Source of the DNA: Daphnia carinata
Taxonomy: Eukaryota
Length of the DNA: 64,000 nucleotides
Direction of reading: 5' to 3'
Assembly (NCBI RefSeq): GCF_022539665.2
Contig: NC_081333.1
Location: 4,650,001 to 4,714,000 of the forward strand
A model generated the notes under the pieces. That model was not told the DNA's origin. It made no database searches and was given only the letters and a program-made list of their open reading frames with translations. This document shows positions 13,040 to 25,189 of this stretch, in pieces. Position numbers and translations under genes: made by a program. The stretch's first letter is position 1. Every line of letters starts with the position of its first letter.

Positions 13040-15200
13040 CTGATGTCCCGACCATTCAACTGGAGGGTGTGACCACGCTGATAGGAATTGACGTCGCAGA
13101 AGCTCGCGATCGTGCTACAATGGATGGGCCCATTGCCTTCAATACACCGTTTGGGTGGTGTTTGGGTAGTCAAACAGGCCCGCCGCAGGACGTACTCCCG
13201 TTCGTCGTTCATTTGGTAACAGAGGAGCGTCCCGAAAACCTAAACGAGTTATTCAAGAAACTCTGGCAGCTCGAGGTAAAAAATGTAGACATGGAGCAGC
13301 CTGTTCCGTCCGAAGACGATCTACGCGTAAGACGAATGCTCGAAAATTCATTTTTCATGTATTGGTAATCGGTATCAAGTCGGTTTAATGGAGAAAGCCG
13401 ACGAATTAAACCTAACCAACAAACGAGTGTCTGCATTGAAGAGGCTTTAGCTTCGCACTCGGAAGACGATTTCATCGAAACGCTGACTCCGCCCGAAAAT
13501 ACGATGCATTGGTAAAGGAGGACCCAAGAAGCACGGAAGGAGTCGAACAAGACGTGGTATTTATCACATCACGGGGTCGTGATCCTGTCTACCTCATCGA
13601 CAAAAATTGGAGTTGTATTCGATGGAGCTGCCGAGTTTGGTGGTACATTAATTAATCAAAATTGACTTCGAGGACCAAACTTACTTATTAGCTTGCTCGG
13701 TATGTACCTGTTTCTGGCTTAACCTTGTACCAGTCGGAGCGAACATCGGGAAAATGTTTCACCAGATAAAAGTTCACGAACAAGACCAAGCAGCCCTGGC
13801 AGTAGTTCAGCTCCGTTGACGTACCAGATGACCGTTCACGTATTTGGAGCAGCATCCTCCCCGACGACCTGTATATTCGCCCTCAACCGAACGGCGGATG
13901 ATCTTCGCGATCAGTATCCAGAGGCAGCGGACAATGTTCGACGGAATTTCTACGTTGACAACTACCTCAACTCATTTGACTCCGAAGATGAGACAGTAAA
14001 ATGGGTCCGTCAGATGAGAAGGAAGACCCTTCTCTAATTAGGCGGATTTAACTGAACGATGCGGACGTCATCATCGAGAACTGTGATATCAGCCTTACGT
14101 GATTTCCGGCTTGCCTACACCTACACTGGACCTCGACCTGGAAAGGCTTTCCATTGAACGAACATTTGAGGTGTTAACATTCAAGATCAGAAAGTCGTCG
14201 GACAATGGCGTTCTCACCAAGAGAATCTTCTTAAGCATTATCTCCAGTGACTACGATTCGTTAGTACTCGTCACCGCTGTTGTCTTCCTAATGAAATCTT
14301 TGATTCAAGACATCTCGACGAAAGAGAAAAGGGTTTGGCTGGGATGATTCGTTACCCGAGGAATTGTGCCAATGATTCTTTCTCTGGTACGAACATCTTC
14401 AAAATCTGGAGTCGGTGCCGAGATGTTTCCGATTTCAACGTGGAGGTTGGACATAGCAGCATCTTCATGCGCTTCCTGATGCAAGTTCAAAAGGCTTCGG
14501 AACTGTGGCCTGCTTCCGTTCCGTTTTCGTGGTCCAGTCGATAAACGTGTAATTTGCCATGTCAAAAACGCACGTTGCCCCGGTAAAAGTTCTCACGATT
14601 CCCAGGCTGGAATTACAAGATACTACGGTAGAGGGTCTAAATTTAGCCCTCATAATTTGTCGGGGGCTCGAAATCAATCTACGGCAAGGAACCTTCCATA
14701 CGGACTCTCACTGAGCAACGTTGGCCAAACGTTAACCTATCGAATCTTAAGAATAGCCGTCGCCGAAGTTTCACCCGTTCTAAACGCACGGCCACTAACA
14801 CAGCTCGGCATAGACCCAGAAGACCCTGATCTATTAACACCCAATCACTTTCTGTGTGTTGTAGTTTGTCCCTACTTTCCCCTTCAGATGCCAGATTTGT
14901 AAAGTGTGGACGTCACTACCAAACAACTTTTGCAAAGCCAAGACATCCTTCCACCTTTCTGGAATAGATGGCTACTCCGTTCCACACCTGGCGAAAAGAA
15001 GGAAAATCAACCGGACGTTACTGTGGAAGACCTAGTCCTTGGGATTCAACCAAATACCTTACGTTGACAGTGGATTTTAGGCCATGTACTCGAAGTTATT
15101 CCCAATCCCATAGACAATGTTGTTAGGGTAGGGAAAGTAAAAGTTATTAATCACCCAGGGCCATGTATTCGTCCGGTGACAAAACTCTGTGGTTTGGTTT
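13040..15200 (+). mobile_element. Decayed BEL/Pao LTR retrotransposon pol (RT, RNase H, integrase C-terminus/DUF5641-like tail)
   Basis: Motifs in order across frameshifts and stops: TLIGID, TPFGW, HHGV..KIGVVFDGAAEFGG, LRGPNL, HVFGAASSP, NFYVDN (YVDN 13951-13962), TKRIFLSII..YDSL, RNase H LHALPDASSKGFG and VAPVKVLTIPRLELQ, LNARPLT..DLLTPNHFL, FWNRW, IRPVTKLC. Gag, most of the protease and the integrase core are missing. Confidence 0.93.
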
Positions 15201-15641
15201 ATGCCAAAGAACAAGAAGTTTACGTGAAAAGGAGCAAAATGTGTCTTTAATAGCATAAATTTTCCGTATTGGGATCTTGCAATCTGTAAATATTGTACAA
15301 ATATTTGAGCTTGAAACGTCATGAAAATGTTAAAATCAACGAAAGAATGTGAACGTAAATATGTGCAAAACTTGTAAAATTAAAACGCTGGTGTGAATTT
15401 AGTAGACTTCAACTTGCCTAACAAAGCCTAGTGTAGTGTTCCACGAACTACAGCGCCACCTATATTTGAGTTCAAATATAGGGAAAAGACCAAAGCTATT
15501 ATCTGAAAGCTCGTTTTCTGTTTAGTACCATGTAACATCCGAAATAAAGGGAAACTGTTTAGCCTCGAAGGTCAGCAAATGGCACTCAGTTTAAAGTGTG
15601 AACAGGTTCAAAGTTGAACTCCTCTAGTCAACGTTCTTCAA

Positions 15642-16307
15642 ATGGCAGAATATCCGCCCCCATCCGCTGCATCACTAAAGGAAAAATTGAGACAATCTCG
15701 TGAAAGTGAAAAAGAGTATACGTCCATCCTCAAGGATAGTTTTACGCAAGCTTTACATGCGAGGAAGGTGGCCACAGAAGCAATGTATGCCCAACAGCGT
15801 GTCGTGCTGCGCCTCAGCGAGGAGATCGACAACCTCAACCAAGACCTCGTCAACGTCCACGTACACTTTACAGCCGAGAGAGAGACCTTAATGAGTGGAT
15901 ACATTGGGTCACTCTTACGTCAAGTTCGGGAAATGGCGACTGACTCCCAGATATCCACATCAGTCGCCCACCCAAACGGACCACACTATGTTGTGCCCAA
16001 ACATACACCTATCATTTCCTGCTTCTTGAAAACCCACATCGAAATGATCAAACGATCGACGGGATGTAAAAGGCGGATTGCGGAATGTGTGGACTTCATG
16101 ACGCTGACGAATCAAGATCGCCTGGAGCTCTTGTTTTCCCAGCATCGATGTTTCGGGTGTTTCTTGCCGCTAGCGGTTGCTGGTCACACCAAACTGATTG
16201 ATTGCCGTCACCCTCGCCATTGTTCCCTCTGCAATTCGTCAGAACACCACCAAATCCTTTGCGGATCTCGGAGGGCCTACAAAGGGGTACTCCGTAAGGA
16301 GAATTGA
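15642..16307 (+). CDS. Intact 221-aa ORF: N-terminal coiled coil plus BEL/Pao gag-type Cys/His zinc-knuckle array
   Basis: Uninterrupted ATG-to-TGA ORF. The C-terminus RIAECVDFMTLTNQDRLELLFSQHRCFGCF..GH..C.HPRHCSLCNSSEHHQILC fits the BEL/Pao gag pattern C..F.......R.........C..C...GH....C.....C..C...HH.LL. The N-terminus (LKEKLRQSRESEKEY..LSEEIDNLNQDL) looks like a heptad coiled coil. Confidence 0.7.
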   Translation: MAEYPPPSAASLKEKLRQSRESEKEYTSILKDSFTQALHARKVATEAMYAQQRVVLRLSEEIDNLNQDLVNVHVHFTAERETLMSGYIGSLLRQVREMATDSQISTSVAHPNGPHYVVPKHTPIISCFLKTHIEMIKRSTGCKRRIAECVDFMTLTNQDRLELLFSQHRCFGCFLPLAVAGHTKLIDCRHPRHCSLCNSSEHHQILCGSRRAYKGVLRKEN

Positions 16308-17229
16308 CGTCCACGTTGGAAGACCCAACATCAACTGGCAATTTTTAAGTTATTTTGTTTCGCAATTCAGTTCTTTCTTCGTTCGTTACACCTGTAAACA
16401 CGTGAACCCGCTGTCACCTATGGTGCTGCCCCCACAGGCAGTGCTGTAGGAGGCAAAGGTCTGCTTGTAATTATGGTATCATGCCTTTTCTTGTCCGGTA
16501 GGTTGTCTCACAGTAAAAGTCGTCAAGACGAGTCATCGGAGTCCTTTGTTTTCCTGTTTCATTTTGTCTACCCCATTAGAAATACAATTGAAATTCAATT
16601 CTCAAACAATAATCCTTTTCAATTCATTTAATATCATCCTTCGTCACATGTTTTTCTTGCCACTCTTTCCATGCACGTAGAGTGCCGAACACAAATCACA
16701 TTTTGTGCAGACGTGCTTCAACAGATTCTCTATCGGCTTGCGTTTTTAAAATTCTAAAATCCCAAAACAAAATGTGCATTTTTGCAATGTTGAAATTTTA
16801 TACCTGCATTTTTAAATATGATGCAATTTTTATTTCTGCCAAGGGTTTCACACAGTTAAAAAGCAACGTATCTTTAATACTCATCCTCCCCCCCCCCAAA
16901 AAAAAAACTATTTGAAATTAGTTTGGGTTTTAAATACTGCAAAAACTGTACTAATCGCATTCAAATTAAACTACCCAAGGAATTTGCAACAAATTTACTG
17001 GACTGTTACTTACCTTGGAGCATAATACCGTTGCGCAAATAAAAAACAAAATGTCTAGACCCACCGATCCATGCTTTGGTTTCTCACCTGATCCACCCTA
17101 CCCTTTTAAAATAAATAATTAGACGCGTTCCCCTACCAATAGATGGCTTTAACATTAAATCCCTGTTCGGATTTTTGTTCAGGATTCTGCACTTACTTTT
17201 TTGCTGTCGGAAGATTTTTGTTCGGTGAG

Positions 17230-17690
17230 TGAATAGGCCCTTGAAACCGTTGATTACCGATGGTTTCAGTTGACCAGCTTAGATCGTGGCCGTTGTAGTT
17301 TCTGCCCATGATGAGAGGACTTTTGCTGGAGGAGGTGAAGAAAGGAAATGCCATATAAATTTTTCTCCAAGTGAGCAGTAAATAGAACATCTATGATTTT
17401 CTTTGATGAAATGGAGACAGATCTTCACAATTCGGAAATTGTAGGAGAGGTATTCTGATAGTCGGCCAGTCTTTTCCCACAAGGAGGGAGACACCTCCGC
17501 CTCATCCACTTGGTCGGTTGATCAAGCGGTTTGTATAGTTTTGGAAGGTGGTAGTATAATTGCCGCTCTAGTTTGTCCCAAATAACATGACAATATCAGG
17601 TTTTTTGGACGACAAGTACGCTTTGAATTCTGATAATTTTTTCCGTCACATGCTGCGTCCCTTGAATTGTAGAAGTGTGAACTTAAGCAT
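17230..17690 (-). mobile_element. Decayed non-LTR retrotransposon (LINE) ORF2 AP-like endonuclease fragment
   Basis: The minus strand from 17690 reads MLKFTLLQFKGRSM*RKKLSEFKAYLSSKKPDIVMLFGTN*..LINRPSG*GGGVSLLV..PLIMGRNYNGHDLSW..GNQR. This follows the APE motifs LQWNxRS, PDIxxLxET, RxxxxGGGV and GDFNAHxxxW, with several in-frame stops. Confidence 0.8.
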
Positions 17691-19241
17691 TTGCGATGTC
17701 TTGTTGGCTGGCCCCAATGGCCGCTTAGCACTCAATCGATGTCCATGACTGAATATATATCGTAAGAGTGGGGAGAGTTGCGGGCAGGTGTCGTGATGAC
17801 GTTGATTCTATCGATTTCTTTCCGCATTGGGGACTGATGTCTTGGGTTGTGGTGAACAGGTTTCCCTGTTTAGGTCACCCTTGAATCATTTGCTCGAGTT
17901 ACGTAGGCTTTAAGGTTAACGTTACAAGTGCATAAGCGAGAATGCCTGTATCTGGGAACAAGGAATCCGATTGCCCAAACCGTGCTCATGAATTTACCGG
18001 GTGGGGATGAATATACATATTCGTAACATATCCTTTGAAGTCTACTAGCAAGGCTGGTACAGTCAAGTCTCAATAAATAAATTTTTAATCGTTTGTGCTA
18101 CATGCTTGCGTGGGCGAATATCAATAATGCTGAAGAAGTGAAGAAGACCACGTTGCCAAGGTGGCATTCCCTACAGCCATTACCACTTTTTCCCGAAACA
18201 TTTTCAGCTGACTTTCTTACCGTATATCCAGGCAGTTTTTTATTACAGAATTTTGGAAAAATTATTGAATTTATTTGAGTCTTCCGCTTTCCCTACCACA
18301 AGTTTCAACTACACAAACGGAGTTCGAAGTGCGTCATTTACTGCAGCTCTAGAAGTACGTAGTAGTCCAGTTGGTATAGCACTGACATTTTCGTTGCACA
18401 CTGACCACTTAAAACCACTGCTTAAATGTTCATTCACTTTTTGACAATATCTAATTCCGATATTATCCCGCATTTTTCTTTCCTAAAATACAAAAGCAAG
18501 GACTGTCATTTCATTTATTTTTGACACCGCCCTTGGTTACTATGACTGATAGTTATGCAAGTGATCAAGTGCTATTGCCATTACAATACGGCATTCGCGT
18601 AAATTCTATAAAAAATCATTTAAAGAGAAGAAATAAAACTGTTCTTTGTGGAACCGACTGACAGCGCAATCTGTGTGGATAGTATACCCTTGCTTTCCAG
18701 TTGGTTTCATGTCAAATGTCGTCATTAGGATTTCACAGCTTCCGGTTTCTTAGGAAGCAAGGTATAGAATTTTACGATTGCCGGTCCATAAGGTGGTTTC
18801 TGTGTACGAGAGGAGAGATGTCTCATCCCAAGTCACTTTACTGAAAAATTTTACTGAAAAGAAAGAAATAAAAAAAACAGGATGTGGAAAACCGACATCT
18901 CTTGTACAAATTGCTAAAATGCATGCAAGGGGAAGGATACATCTTAGGTGTTATTAATAGACGATTACTGGTGTTTGAGTCTCCTCGTGTTGTTTAAAGT
19001 TTAAAGACTTGAAATACTACGCATTCTTTGTTTACACACAGAATGTTTCCATTATTTATGGGACGTCATGAAATAGGGCGTATTCCGCCAACCTTTTCAG
19101 TTTGTACATTGCGCCGCCTAGTTTCAAGAGGGTTCAACTTCTGGAACTGTTTTCTCGAAAGGGCTACAGGCGTGATTATACCTACTCTGTTCTTTGACAG
19201 ATTTTGTTTTTTATTCGTCGAATGAGTTAAATGTGTCAGAA

Positions 19242-22200
19242 ATGCTGAGGTTTTTAAGTCGCAGGAAAAGCAAGTCGGATAAAGGGTTGAGTAATTCAAT
19301 CAAAAACCCATCTCAGGCGACTCAACCAGTGAAACCAAACAAAAATATTATCGTATGCAAAATCATTGTTCTTGACGGGTCTGACCTAACAATCGAGCTA
19401 CATGTAAGAGTTCGTATGGTTATACTTTCTTTTACCATTATTGACTTTTGAATTTCCAAAGAAAAAAGCATATGGATCAGAACTGTATGAACAAGTATTT
19501 TATTCCCTGGATCTGATCGAAAAGGATTACTTTGGCTTACAGTATACTGATGTCAACCATGTACAACATTGGCTGGATCCTACTAAAGCAATTAAGAAGC
19601 AAGTCAGAAGTAAGCTATAATTTTAAATCATATTTTTATAATCTGCTGATGTATGTAATTTATTTTTAGTTGGACCACCTTACACATTACGTTTGAGAGT
19701 CAAATTTTACTCATCTGAGCCAAATAGTCTGAGAGAGGAATTAACACGGTAAAGTTATGCCATTGTCTTTCTTTGTTATCAATTTTTCTAAATTACTTCT
19801 TTTACAGGTATCAGTTTTTTCTGCAACTGAAACATGATATCCAGTCAGGTCGTCTAGAATGCCCATTTGACACTGCAGTCCAGCTAGCCGCTTGTTCATT
19901 ACAATGTATTATATTAGACACATAACATACATTACTAGAGACTACTTTTTTCCATTTTATATCCAGCTGAACTTGGAGATTATGACCCAGTGGTTCATAC
20001 ACCAGCATTTGTAAGTGAATTCCGTTTTGTCCCTGAACAGACAGAAGACATGGAAATTAAAATAATAGAAGAATACAAAAAAATGAGGTACTTTTTAATT
20101 AAATACCTTTCCTGTCAACCATAAGTTCTGTGTTAATTGCTTGTTGGCATAAATTAAAGGGGCCAAAACCCAGCTCAAGCTGAACTGAATTATTTAAATA
20201 AAGGCAAATGGTTGGAAATGTATGGAGTTGATATGCATACCGTCCTAGTATGTGAATTGTTATTATTATAATTTTTTCTTCTTAACTTTATTAAATTAAT
20301 GTTTCCTAAACATTCCTATGGATACTCGTTATGCGTGATATAGGGAAAGGATAGCTGTGAATATTCATTGGGATTAACACCAACTGGCATATTGGTTTTT
20401 GAAAATCATCAAAAGATTGGATTGTTTTTCTGGTTGGAATTCCATTTATGTTCATTCTGTTTCATGTGATATAATCAAATTGTGTTTCAGGCCGAAAATC
20501 ACCAAACTGGACTTTAAAAAGAAAAAACTGTCGGTAATTGTTGTTGAAGATGACGACGAGGGTCGAGAACAGGAACACACATTCGTTTTTAGGTGAGTGG
20601 TTTTTATGATCTTTTTTTTTTTTTGAGAAGTATAATTTAATAGTGAAAACCACATACCATATTAATTTTATCATGTATTTTTGTATAAATGATTTTTAAG
20701 GCTTCATAATGAGAAGGCTGCCAAGCATTTGTGGAAATGCGCCGTTGAACATCATGCGTTCTTTCGTCTTAAAGGACCAGTCAAAGCGCACAACACACGG
20801 CAAAATTTTTTTCGTATGGGTTCCCGCTTTCGTTACAGGTTTAAATGCATAACCAAAATCCATGGCATCTACACTTCTATATCCGTACATTTTTCATTTT
20901 AAAGCGGACGCACGGAATATCAAACCACCCAGACCAATCGGGCTCGAAGAAGCGTTCAGTTTGAAAGACGTCCAAGTCAACGGTACGCTCGTCGACAATC
21001 ACATGTCGTTCGCGAAAGGCAGCAGCGAGATCGAACTACTGAAGAAGTTGCAGCTAAAAGCGTTCCTTCATCCGCAACAGGAACCTCGCCTACGAGTGTC
21101 ACAGCATGTCAATCTGAACCTGTCTACAAACCGTTGGCAGAAGTTGATCAAGATTTGATCATTCTTGACAGTAGTCATGAAGAAAGCACTTTGAGTGCTA
21201 GTGCTTCGAATGGCTTAATCGTTGGGCTGAGTAAGAGCCCGCAACTCCATGCACGTTCATTACTGAAATCTCCCGAAGCAGATCATAAGCCGCGTTTCAA
21301 AGACCAAAGTCTTGGTGATGATGGTGGATCTGCTTCCGCAGAAGATTTGGAAGAAAACAGATTAGACACTTTGATGAAAATTTTAGCTAAAGAGTCAACA
21401 TCTGTACAATTGGAGGAAGCGAACGAGAAGGGAAAAATGGAAATGGCGTCCCATTTTAAACTTAACACCCTTCTTATAAATATTCCGAATAACCAGACCC
21501 ACAAATCGAGTAATCAAGGCTCAGCTAAACCACTTGCCCCAGAACAACTCAAGTGTAATATTTTAAAAGGTAATTTTTTTATTTTAATCAGTAACCATTG
21601 AGAAGACCATTCAGTGTTAAGCATATCTATGTCTACACAATTTTTTAATCATAGCACGTGCTGATGAAGAACGGAAGAAAGCTCCGACTACCGTGAATTT
21701 GGATGTGGGCAGCCATAGCAAGCACACAGATGGGTCCGTGATATAATTCACATTCTTAATGACTTCAAGACCGTAATTTATATTCTCGTGTCTTTCCCAA
21801 TATAGAGGAGCCATCGCTTCTGAGTTGAAGCAGTCCAACAGTGGTTCAGTTGGTGGAGTGAAAAATGATTTTTGCAATAACGTCGCAACTTATGTTTCTG
21901 TGGTAGGTGTATATTAATTAATTGTTTAAAAATCGTAGTTCTAATGTGTCATGGTAATAAGACGTATTTCATGCGATTAGCTTTTAAAATACTAATTTAC
22001 ATTAATCTTTTCGCAGACATTAGAAATCTTCCCTCGCGTCTAACCCCAGTTGAAATTTCTAAATTAATTAAACTTTTTACTTGTTGAATTCTTTTTCTTA
22101 CATTAGTGCTTCAGTTTTTTGTGTTTGCTATGTATCGTCGTATTAATTTGTGATTGTCTGCTTCTTTGTCCTAACTGAAGGGAGGAGACAAATTAACTCT

Positions 22201-22895
22201 GCCTCTTCATGAGAGTGATAGAACTTCAGATGACTCAGCTGCTGTGATTTTAAACGTTGCAACCCCATCACCAACTTCACCGCAAGTGAACAGCGATCCT
22301 AGCTCCATCGAATCTCCTACAACTCCTGTCACCTTAACGCATTTCCAACAATCAGTTAAAGGAGAAATTGAAAAAAAGACAGTTCCAGAGTCAAATAACC
22401 CGTTCAGAAGTTCTCCCACAAGCTCCCCTAGGCTGAGAACTATGTCTTCGAAAAACCCATTTGTAGTAGACGCTCTTAACAGTAATCCTTTCTTGTTGCG
22501 GTTGGCAAGTCCTGACCTCAGCAACCGTGCAGCTTCATCGGCAGTTGCTTGCGAATCTCCATGTCCTGAGATAATTTCCCAAACGGTAAGCTAGTTAGCT
22601 GATGTTTTTCTACCTTTTTTTTTTTCATGGACACTGCATGTTCGTTGTCCATTGGTGCCCTTTCGTTCTTATTTTACACTAATAACGTAATTCTCTTTTA
22701 CCATCATTCATAAATATTCTTAAAAATTTTTAGGTGACGGAACCGCCTGTTGTTGAGGACACACAGGCTGTTGGAGTGCATTCTGATGTAGTCAGCAGCA
22801 GTCCAACACAACTATCTCCATGGCACGTTCCAGAATCAACCTTACCCAAGCCATCTTCCATTGTAATGAAGCGAACTGTGGTTACCGAACTTTAA
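19242..22895 (+). CDS. yrt: Yurt / band 4.1-like protein 5 (FERM-FA polarity protein), 14 coding exons
   Basis: Exons 19242-19403, 19462-19609, 19670-19748, 19808-19905, 19967-20087, 20160-20247, 20344-20432, 20491-20592, 20701-20838, 20905-21569, 21655-21733, 21806-21902, 22181-22585, 22734-22895. FERM motifs: [74 protein letters not shown] motif: [28 protein letters not shown] and the C-terminal PDZ-binding VVTEL* are typical of EPB41L5/Yurt. Confidence 0.93.
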
Positions 22896-24236
22896 TGGTC
22901 GGAGTTGCACTTGCTTTATTTGCCCATTGTAAATATTCCTTTCTTTATTCTCCAGATGCTTCAATAATGTCCTCGCCCGACACGTTTTAAGATTCAAATG
23001 ACCTCTTATATGTAATGAACTTTACCGTAACAAGCCTTTTACTATAGTTTAACGTGTGGCATACGTGTGGCATATAAGAGAGTGCTACCGTCCTATAGTT
23101 TAAACAGCAATAATAATTACCCGTTAGTAAACGTTAGGCACTTCGTTTATTCGTAGACAACCCTACGTCCGTGTCCTTGGTTGAAACGGTTTGCCATCCT
23201 TACCTTGTGCACTGGTTCGCACTTTTTTTAAAATTTTTTTATTCTACAGACGATGTCTATTCCTCGTTTATGTGCTGTATGTTTAAAAATATCATAACCA
23301 ATTCCTGTTCCGTCCCCATGCTCCTTGAGAGTTTCCTCCATTAACTGTTTGCAGGTTTCTACTTTATCCGTCCAACAGCGGCAATGCGGATCGCGGTTGC
23401 CTGCCTCATTCACTTACAGTTGTGTGTGACACTTCGTATTATACCATATGTGTGTCAGACAAAAGTTTAATTATTAAATCGTAGCCTCAGTATTGGGTGC
23501 ATAGTGGTCTGCCATTGCTTGTTTTTTTTTATCATGTTTCATGCCTAAAGCTGGTTCCATTAGTTATTTCTTCATAATACACTGGAGTTTCTGTATCAAT
23601 GGGTATGTAATGTACTGCGAATCTTCTGTTAATACTCGAGTCTAACTCTAGTTCGAACCCATGCACCATCTTTTAATTAAATCATTCTGGTGAAATACCC
23701 TGTATAGTTGAACCTGATCTATCATCCCTCGATTCGTCCAGTGCTTTAGGCCGGGGGTGTAAAACTCCGAAGAATCTCGTACATTTGAACAAGAATTAAA
23801 GTTTTTCCCCTGAAAAAATCACAAAATATTAAAAGTTAGTTAGTAGTCAAAAAAAAAGAAAAAAGAAATTTACGTACAGTGTGCAGTATTGATGGAGAAT
23901 TACATAGTTCGGGCAAACTAATCACGATTCATTTGCTCAAAAATCACAAACGAATCACTTCTTGATTCGATAAATTTTTTTCCATTCCAAAGATGTCAAT
24001 TAACGAAACTCCAACTGATGTAGAATTGTTACCTCCAATTTAGGAAAATATGACGTTCAAGGGGATATCCATAAGCTTCCACATATGGATATCTCCCGCA
24101 CTGTTTCTTTTTTTGTTTTTTTGTTTTTTTGTCCAGGTTTGTGTTCTTTAAAATTCAACATCTCTCATCTAGATCTGTTCACTTTTTTTTTTTTTTACCT
24201 TTTTCCTTGTTTAAAAACCTGACGACTCTAGGTAAT

Positions 24237-25189
24237 AGGGTAAAAGCGCAACTTCGGACACAGGGTAGTTTCATCAACGTAAACAATGCTAAAATGTTTT
24301 TAAATTTTAGACTTAAGTATGATTTGTTAATTTTCCAAGATTTAATTTTTTGAAACTCAAATCCAAGCATAATTAATGCTTGTTTTGAATTTTGTAAAGC
24401 TAAGTAATATATATTTTCTTAATTCCCTTTTTTCTAGCTTACTTTAATTTCAATTGCTTGGTTCTCATAAGCTAAACGGCAAGCCTGCGGTTTCATAGCT
24501 TGCGCAAGTTAAATTTTAAGCCCACCGACGCTACCCCCCAGAATTCAAGCTAACCCAAACGTATCTCTTACTATTTGCAAGCTAACGACGGGGAAGCTTG
24601 ATGAAGCCAGGATCGGACATCGCCAAAATTCAAGTTTACCATTCCGTACGGGTGTTAGGCCAGCAAAACATTCTCAACTAAGTCGGCATTCCCCGGCCTG
24701 GCTTGGGGTGCCTCCCTACTCAACCTACGCCATCCAACGGCTGGTATATACAACAATACACAATGACATCTAGGGGTTGCAGGTGAATACACGATAAAAG
24801 GATAGAAAAGGGTGCGTGAAATATGTCATTTCGCTATTCAAACCATACAAAAAATGGTTGGGGTAATAACAGTTTAAGACATGTTAAACGACAAAAACAA
24901 TTGTTTAAAAAATAAAAAATAAAACTCTATGTTGGTATGTAGAAATTGGTATCATGGGAGCGTATATAAAAAAAGAAAGAATACATCCTCGAAATATTTG
25001 CCAATGGAATGTTAATTTAAGAGGAATCTTTATGATTTATAATTTCGGGCATTACGCCATACTTGCGGTAGGTTTAATTCGATTTTCTCGTTATTTCATG
25101 AAAATGTGCCCGGAATTATCGGCTAGACACGCATTTCCCATAAGGCAGTCTGTTAGCCAAAATGCTGTCCGAAATCGAACTTTTACCCT
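24237..25189. mobile_element. Putative non-autonomous TIR DNA transposon (MITE-like, about 950 bp)
   Basis: AGGGTAAAAGCGCAACTTCGGACA (24237-24260) versus the reverse complement of 25166-25189, AGGGTAAAAGTTCGATTTCGGACA: 20/24 identical. Related TTCGGGCA/TGCCCGGAA motifs lie inside the right end. No transposase ORF and no clean TSD. Confidence 0.55.

Noticed and set aside
17700..18480. Possible LINE ORF1 remnant upstream of the endonuclease fragment
   Set aside because: I could not read a convincing CCHC knuckle or other ORF1 motif.
24061..24096. 13-bp hairpin GGGGATATCCATA..TATGGATATCTCC followed by a T-rich run, as a terminator or Helitron end
   Set aside because: Bacterial terminators do not apply in a eukaryote, no CTRR Helitron end follows, and T runs are ubiquitous here.
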